16,069 bases of DNA from Wallemia ichthyophaga EXF-994 (Eukaryota; Fungi; Basidiomycota): contig NW_008806279.1 of assembly GCF_000400465.1 (NCBI RefSeq), positions 527,277-543,345 on the forward strand, given 5' to 3'. Shown piece by piece: positions 9,096 to 16,069 of this stretch. The notes beneath the pieces were generated by a model. The model ran no database searches. It was not told the origin of the DNA and worked only from the letters and a program-made list of their open reading frames with translations. Position 1 is the stretch's first letter. Every line of letters begins with the position of its first letter. A program made the translations under genes and the position numbers.

Positions 9096-9385
9096 TTAAA
9101 GCTGTCGATGCATTCAGTTGGTATTTATGCTGACTTTGGTTATCGAGTACTCTCGTTCCTAGTCACGTGGCTATCGAAGGTTATAAACAAAACAAATATT
9201 CAAATCAATGCTGATTATACTTTTTGTATAATTGGAGACTTTAATTCCTAAATTCACGCTTTTAATAAACGCGTAATGCTGTATTGTTTGCCGTAAAAAG
9301 AATTTCCTGGCCCGACCTCAGCGTCTTCTAGTGAACATGAGTAAATCGTAGACGCTGGGCCGCTCCTATTCAAACTCAGCTCTTA
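9096..9385. promoter_or_regulatory. Cluster of Cuf1/Ace1-type copper-response-like elements upstream of the ATPase
   Basis: Six matches to D(T/A)DDHGCTGD: 9096-9105(+), 9124-9133(+), 9273-9282(+), 9318-9327(-), 9349-9358(+), 9376-9385(-). One more with a single mismatch at 9205-9214. They lie 118-407 bp upstream of the ATPase ATG. Confidence 0.6.
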
Positions 9386-9419
9386 CTCTGTATCTCTCTC
9401 ATATTCTCTTTGATTGCAG

Positions 9420-10043
9420 TATCTACCTGAACAAATCGTCCAATGTATTGTTCCGCGCTTTCCCAAAGATAAGATTAGGAGTATCTCGCGCACGCCAAAT
9501 GTGGAAATAAGATTGTAAAGCACCGATATAATGCGACGTTATCACCAAGTTCCTGTCAAAGCACTTACAAATCACCTGTATCTTGTTACCAAACAGCCAA
9601 ACCATGTTGAACGTGTGAATTATAAGTCGAGTGACTCACAATAAGCTAGGTACCATTGCACAGGAATATAAGGGGTCCGTATTCAAACAAAGCAGACCTC
9701 CCCAAACAAAGACAAAGTTATAAAATACTGAAGGCAACTTATGACTCTTGTGAAATACCTTTTGTGAAATTGAGTGATAGTGCTTGAGTGTTTTAGAGGA
9801 TGCTGGACTTGGTAAGAGTTCCCCTTTAATTTCGGGGTCGCTGAGAAAAAGGTGTTGTACCTGTTTTATCCTTTGAAAGACGAATTCATACACAACGGAG
9901 GAACAAAATACGTTCAAAGTGATCTAGTCTACTTCACACACTTTGCATCCACGAATATACACAACTACAAACGCACAGATGCCGAAATGATTATCGGAGA
10001 TGAGGTGCCGAACTGCAAAATGAGATCATCTGGTCCTGGGTAA
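9420..10043 (+). other. Possible cryptic multi-exon gene or pseudogene with an F-box-like N-terminal pattern
   Basis: After a pyrimidine tract and CAG at 9419 the frame reads YLPEQIVQCIVPRFPKDKIRSISRT. A good candidate intron at 9812-9851 (GTAAGA..GCTGAG..AAAAAG) precedes a 63-codon open frame ending TAA 10043. No start codon and no unique exon chain could be fixed. Confidence 0.3.
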
Positions 10044-10216
10044 AATTATAAGCGCACTAAGCTACCGTATTCCGCCGATTTATTGCATTGTAAAGTTGAC
10101 CGTTGTACCAGCCTTCTTTTAAAACATATACAGAAGTACAACGAGAATAATTTAAATTAATTGCTTTCTGTCAAGCTGTCTGATCCATTTAGACAGCCTT
10201 AATCTAGAATGCTCGC

Positions 10217-11838
10217 TCACTCCAGAGATTTTCCAGCTTCACGAGCAGCATGAGGATCCGGCGATCTGCGTATTTCAACCTCCTCGATTATTTTGTTGAT
10301 CAGAGCAAGTAAAACTCCGGCTGCCGAAAGTCCTACTCCGAGATAGCAAGCACCTCTGATACCAGCTTCTGGATCTTTACCGCCGTTATTCACATGGTTT
10401 TCAACCGTCGCGGCGATACCCAACGCGATCGCGATGGAATAGTTGACGAGTGTGTTGATAAGCGATCCAGCCAGTCCTTGATGTTCACGCGGCAGGTGAT
10501 CGGAGATGATAACCGAAGCAGCTGGGAAGCTCATATCCACACCGAGTGTAGCAATAATATAGCTCACAAAATGCATCGCCCAGTAGGTGAGCTTCACAGG
10601 CTCGAAAGCCACTAGACATATTGCGATCAAGAACGAAAACATGGCACCGATGGTCACCCAGCTGCCGCCGAATTTGATGATTAAGATAGGTGAAATCGCT
10701 GCTCCTAACCAACCCACTACGCAAAATGGCACTATCTGAGAGACTGTCTCAAGCGCATCAACACCTCGTAGGTCTTGGATGTATCTGATAGAGAAGAGCA
10801 GCCAGATGCCAAAGGTGGACCATCCCGTCGCAACGCATCCGAGCATAAGGTTGTTGTGTACGTTCTTGAAAATTGTCAGTGGTAGTAGCGGCTGCGCTAC
10901 TCGAGTCTCAACCCAAGCAAATACACCGAGTAAGATTACGCCAACTGCGAGTAGAGCACAGACGTAACCATTCTTCCATGTCACAATGGCTGCCTGATTC
11001 CAGGCGAAGTTAAGCAGAATTAAGCCGGGCACTGCCGTGAGAGCGCCCCAGTAGTCGAATCCTATTCCCTTCTGGTCGCTTCTGTCTCCATCTGGAGGGA
11101 TAATCCAGACCGCTAGACCGAACATGACAAGAAGGGCGATAGAAAGCACAAATGTCGACCACACCCATTCAGCTCCGCTAACTGGTGCTTTGACCGAGCT
11201 TTGAGCGAAAAGACTGCTGAACAAAGCACCAACCACGAATCCATTGGGGGCAGATGCAGCGAACAAGGCAAATGATATAGCCTTTTTTATGCCTGGCGGG
11301 AATGTCCGGCCTATTATTGCTACAGCGTTGGGAAGCATTAAGGCAGGTGCTATACCCTGCAGCGCTCTGCACACGTCGAAGAATATAATCGAGCGCGTGT
11401 ACACTGTTAAGCCAGTCACCATCGACCAGAGGCTGTACCATGCGAATCCAATGCACATGATCCGCTTATTTCCATATATATCACCCAATCTCCCACTGGG
11501 CAATACGAAGGTACCAACTGACAAGGAGAAAGCGGCTACTATCCTAAATCTAATTAAGCCAAGTCAATCACGTAAGTCTCTTGCGCCCACCATGATTGCT
11601 GTCCCGGCGACCCTTGCACGCCAAAAGTTTCCGCTATGAACTCTTTGGTGATTACCAAATACGCCCCAAGTCCCACCTGAGTGAACAACATACAACTAAC
11701 GCATATCACTATTGCCGCCCAGTCCTTGACAAAGTTGAGTGTACTGGATGATCGTTTAGCCGAAGGTTTTGATGAAGCAGCACTGTTAGACTTCTCCGTT
11801 GGTTCTTGCACTTGGTCGTCTTCTAAAGCCTCTCTCAT
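10217..11838 (-). CDS. MFS drug:H+ antiporter, DHA2 (14-TMS) family, ATR1/aminotriazole-resistance-like, 524 aa. Exons 11838-11591, 11543-10217
   Basis: Intron 11590-11544 (GTGGGC..TAG) gives PGQQSW|IVAAFSLSVGTFVLPSGRLGDIYGNKR (MFS motif A). Also RALQGIAPALMLPNA, APNGFVVGALFS, many hydrophobic segments and HQGLAGSLINTLVNYSIAIALG. ATG at 11838 has AATAAT context; the ORF-track start at 11850 is TTG. Confidence 0.92.
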
Positions 11839-12612
11839 ATTATTGAACAATGAAGGAGGAAGGGTTGTACGTATTTTATGTAATTACAACTTTTTTCTCC
11901 GAACCGGCGAGTGGTGTGAGATATTGAGCAATATAGAGTAAGTCATTAGTCCAAATAAATACTTATTTATGACCGGTCCTTTTTGAATATGTCAACCTTG
12001 CGTAACTGTGATTCCGCCAATGCGATCGTAATTTTAGGAGTTTCTTTGTGAAGAAGCAGCGAGTTGCCCTATTTTAATCACTTACTCGTAAAATAACAAA
12101 AAAAAAGTACAACCAAAAATTTGTGTTTCTTCAATTGCTCCCGCAACCTGAATAATACGGGTAAGGGACGACAAGGCGGGAAACTCTGTAACCTGATTCA
12201 CCTAATTTTGTAGTACCTGAACGAGATACTTTATTGGACAGCTTTCTTTCACGCCACCATGTCTTTAGAACTTTTTGACAGGCTCTTTGGAGTAGGGCTG
12301 ACGTTCGGTAAAATATTGAGGTAATATAACTCCGAGTATGTGTTTGATGGATATGCCACTTCTAAAATTCATCATCTCTTTACATGATCACGCTTAATAA
12401 TATATTTCTTTTTAACCCCAAGCCTTTCTTTAATTTAAACATTTTCTTAACATAAAAAAGTCATACCTATAATGATGTCATACGAAACAACTGTATCCGG
12501 AGGCACACTTTTTGGAGCGAATAAATTTTCATGGTCGCGATATGATTCTCCTGAGTGGTATATGACTAAGAATAGTATTTGTCATCCTTTAATTGATAGA
12601 GATTGATAGAGA
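11839..12612. promoter_or_regulatory. Shared divergent promoter region between the MFS exporter and the NRPS-like reductase
   Basis: 774-bp AT-rich non-coding interval between two head-to-head ATGs. Confidence 0.65.
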
Positions 12613-15600
12613 ATGAATTGCTTTGAAGCAGCTGTATGTGATATCGCATTCCATGATCGCTAACTGACTGTCATCCACTCGCTACAGCACAACACAAGAT
12701 GGACGGTACCATCTCTGGTGCGGTATCACCTCGATCAAAACACAAATCACACATTTTTTGAGGATGCCTGTGGTCAGAAATTCAACGGCAAAGACACTCA
12801 TCAAGCTGTTTACAGAGCCGCTGCTTACATCCAGCATCAACTTAATCACAACAATGACCAGGCAGTCGGGCTCTACTTGGAAAATGAGATATTAAGCTAT
12901 TCTTCGATAGCGAAAGGTGTCAATGTGTCGGGTAATAGATTCATTGCACTTTCCAACAGGAATTCAGTGGCGGCGTTGGCCTATCTTATCAAAAAGTCAG
13001 AGACTCACCACTTAGTATACGGCAATACATCTTTACAGCTCACCAAAAACGCCAAAGCAGTCAAAAATGAACTAGCCAAGGATGGCTACGCGCTTAATCT
13101 AATCGAAACACCTTCATTAGATATGCTGTTGCCAAAGTCGGGTGAGTTCAACGTCAACTTAGACCCACTTCCTCCACATTTCGAGGAAGACTCGAATGTA
13201 GTAATCATGCTCCACTCTTCGGGTTCTTCAGGTGACTTTCCAAAGCCTATCAAGCTTACAAACGAGTCTATTCGGGGCTGGATCCTTGCACAAAATCCTA
13301 CGGCCGACAACAATGTGATGGATTTATGGGGAAAGAAGCTTTACGCAGGTGCATTGCCAACGTTCCATGCGATGGGTATCTTGTTTCATGTTATAGGATC
13401 GCTATCCACGCCTTACATCAATACCATTCCCAAAATTGACATTCCACCTCCATTTCCTACTCCTCAAGGTATCCTCGATGGTGCCAGGCAAACGGAAAGC
13501 CACATCGTAGTCGCCGTTCCAGCCTTCATTGAAGAATGGGCCAAAGATCCGGAAAGTGTCGAATTTCTCAAGAAGTTAGATTTAGTGATGTTTGGTGGTG
13601 CTCCATTAGGTGAAATTGGGGCTACTTTAGCAAAAGAAGGTGTGCCACTACTTTCGAACTACGGCAACACAGAGTGCGGAGCTTCCAGCTCCATCTTCGA
13701 AATTAGGCCTCGAAGCAATGTGGACGACTGGGCTTTTGCGGTGCTCTCGTCGAATCACCACTACAGGCTGGCTGATCAGGGTGATGGTCTATTTGAACTC
13801 CAGTTCCTCCAAACCGATAAACACGTACCATCTGTTAATAACCTGGATGATGTCAAAGGATATGCCACTGGTGATCTTGTGGAGAGACACCCAACGAAAC
13901 CTAATTTGGTTAAGATTGTTGGCAGATCAGACAGCCAAATTATCCTGGCATCTGGTGAAAAGACAAATCCCGAGCCAATCGAGCGCATTATCAATGCAAA
14001 TCCTCTGATCTCAGGATCGGTGATGTTTGGAAGACAAAGAAGTGTTAACGGTATACTTATACAGCCTAATGATACCGTGGACAACGCTGAAAGCTTCATT
14101 GATGGCATTTGGCCGTCCGTCGAATCTGCAAATCAGCATGCACCACAACATTCCCGCTTGCAAAAGTCCTTGATTGTTGTTGTTGATTTAAGCAGGCCAC
14201 TTCCTGTTACTCCAAAAGGCAGTAGTGAGATTGCTATTCTGAGTGTCCGAGACACCCCACTGACACTCACCAGTCAAGCGTAAACCCGCGATCGAGCTCT
14301 ACAGGAAGGAGATCGACAGAGCTTACGACAGCGCGAATGATGTTGGCGTTGGTTTAGTTGCATTTGATAGTGCGAATGTCTTGGCATCTGTCTCAGCGAT
14401 TGTCAAGTCAGTGATCGGCAATACTGTCGAAGATGACGTTGACCTTGTCTCGCAAGGCATGGACTCTATGCAGGCGACAATAATCCGCAATAAGCTCGTC
14501 GCATCCCTGAAAGCCTTCAAAAATGTATCTTTAGCTGCAACAATCGCGTTTCAGCACCCGAAAATCACTCTTCTTTCCGATTTTGTTGGGCAGCTGCTAA
14601 ATGACGACAGCAAACATCTGTCAGAGGAGGAAATAATTGCTGCGAAGGCTGCCGAGATCGATGCAACGATTGCTTTGCACACGCGCGATCTTAAAAGCAA
14701 AAGCGCACAGGGATGGTCAAAGCCATCAGGCGAGGGTAGGAATGTGGTTGTTACTGGTACCACTGGCGGACTGGGTACCGAACTTCTCGTTACTCTCATC
14801 CATGACCCTAGCGTCAAACGCGTCTACGCTCTCAACCGCGCAAATCCTCGAAAGCGTAAGAGTATTAAAGAGCGTCAAGTGGACAGTCTAGCTAGGAAGG
14901 GCATTCCAGCTGCTGGAATTGTTGAATCACAGAAGCTGTCGCTCATCGAAGCCGACTTAGCAAAGCCAGATCTTGGATTGAGTACGACCATTTACTTGGA
15001 AATTAGTGCCAAAGTGGACGTGATCATTCATAACGCCTGGAGAGTCGATTTTAACGTCGCCTTGCAGTCATTTGAGCAGGACATTTCCGGTGTGGTCAAT
15101 CTTACCAACCTCGCGATCACATCAAGTCGAGGTGCTGCAGTCATCTTCACGTCATCAATCGGAAGTCTTGCGCGCTGGCCAGTCGGCAAAAAGACATTCG
15201 AGGAGCCGATCTCAGACCCCGCAATTGCAGTTGGAATGGGATATGGTGAGAGCAAGTTTGTTGGTGAGCGTATCTTGGCCACCGCCTCACAGAAGACGGG
15301 ACTACCAACGACTGTCCTTCGAATTGGACAGCTTTGCGGTGATAGAAAGTCTGGTTTCTGGAGTTCTTCGAATTGGGTACCAGCGATTATCAAGTCTAGT
15401 CTCGCCCTCAAATGTCTTCCAAATGGAAATGATTTAGTCGCGTGGATCCCGCTAGACAATGCTGCGCAAGCCATTGTAAACTTTTCGCACAACAGAAGAA
15501 GTCTAGGCAAAACACATGATCTTTTACACATCGTGCACCCACGCCCACCGAGCTGGAGCGCGGTCTTTAACGTGGTGGCTGAATATTTGAACAAGAGAGG

Positions 15601-15880
15601 CGCTGGCGTCACACTAGTGAGCTATAGTGACTGGCTGGAAAGGCTGCAAGCCGAGGATACCTCTAACATGTCCGACAACCCTGCTATCAAGCTGCTTCCG
15701 ATGTTCGAGTCCAGTGATATTGCTGCTCATCGTCGAGAGTTTGTTGAGGCTATGGGAAATCCGCTTCTGCTGACAGAGAGATCGCAGAAAGCGTCTGAGT
15801 CGCTTAGAAACTGTACCGAACTCAACCAAAGAGATGTTGAGAAGTGGATGAATCACTGGGTCAAGGAGGGACTCTTATAG
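12613..15880 (+). CDS. NRPS-like A-T-R carboxylic acid reductase (adenylation, thiolation and NAD(P)H-dependent terminal reductase domains), 1054 aa. Exons 12613-12633, 12688-14224, 14274-15880
   Basis: A domain: LHSSGSSGDFPKPI, LPTFHAMG, YGNTECG, YATGDL, GRSDSQIILASGEKTNPEPIE, TPKGS|IKRK. T domain: GMDS (Ser codon 14465-14467). R domain: TGTTGGLG, IIHNAWRVDFN, YGESK, LRIGQLCG. Introns 12634-12687 (GTATGT..GCTAAC..CAG) and 14225-14273 (GTGAGA..CTGAC..CAG) give a 3165-nt frame. Confidence 0.93.
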
Positions 15881-16069
15881 ACGATTATTTATTTATTGTA
15901 AAGATCATAATAAATTAGACAATTAACGCTTAATATGAATATCATGTAACCGCATCTATATCAACAATCCTAGTAATCTCGTCAATAGATTTGAAGTTTA
16001 GCAAGCGCACCATTTTCCTGTACTGCCAAAGTACGTAAATGTCTTCTGAGAATCTTTCCTGAAGCCGTT

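Noticed and set aside
9632-9638. TGACTCA Gcn4/AP-1 site as regulator of the ATR1-like transporter
   Set aside because: A single 7-mer lying 3' of the MFS gene, far from its promoter. The same 7-mer also occurs in ligase intron 1, so it is compatible with chance.
12613-15880. LYS2 alpha-aminoadipate reductase
   Set aside because: It shares the A-T-R layout, but at 1054 aa it lacks the long N-terminal extension of Lys2 (about 1400 aa), and its motifs (HSSGS..FPKPI, GEKTNP, HNAW.V.FN) are those of the separate NRPS-like reductase family.
1-16069. Mobile elements, CRISPR arrays, rRNA or tRNA genes
   Set aside because: No transposase or RT motifs, terminal repeats, regularly spaced repeats or recognisable structural RNA were seen. 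The only long repeats are the ligase paralog tracts.

Overview
Eukaryotic, intron-containing fungal DNA, most likely a compact basidiomycete genome. The 12 introns in the six well-supported genes are all 42-56 nt with CTRAC/CTCAC-type branch points; Wallemiomycetes-like is only an inference. The ORF track fragments or misses most genes because of these introns. Reconstructed order: (1) 5' part of an RNA15/CstF-64 RRM gene on the minus strand, absent from the ORF track and running off the left edge; (2) a head-to-head 103-aa orphan ORF with a C-terminal hydrophobic anchor; (3,4) two tandem 4-coumarate-CoA-ligase-like acyl/aryl-CoA ligases (543 and 551 aa); (5) a P1B heavy-metal (copper-type) ATPase, 1143 aa, minus strand; (6) a doubtful cryptic spliced gene with an F-box-like pattern; (7) an ATR1-like DHA2 MFS exporter, 524 aa, minus strand, divergent from (8) an intact A-T-R NRPS-like carboxylic acid reductase, 1054 aa. 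Main points of interest: only ligase copy 2 has a PTS1 (-AKL), while copy 1 stops 8 codons earlier in front of what looks like a decayed copy of that tail. The two ligases are about 99% identical in two tracts (including a whole intron) but differ heavily in the substrate-binding region. The ATPase promoter holds six GCTG-core copper-response-like elements, and its conserved YN Cu-site reads FN. Ligases, exporter and reductase together could form a PKS-less acid activation/reduction/export cluster, which is inference only.
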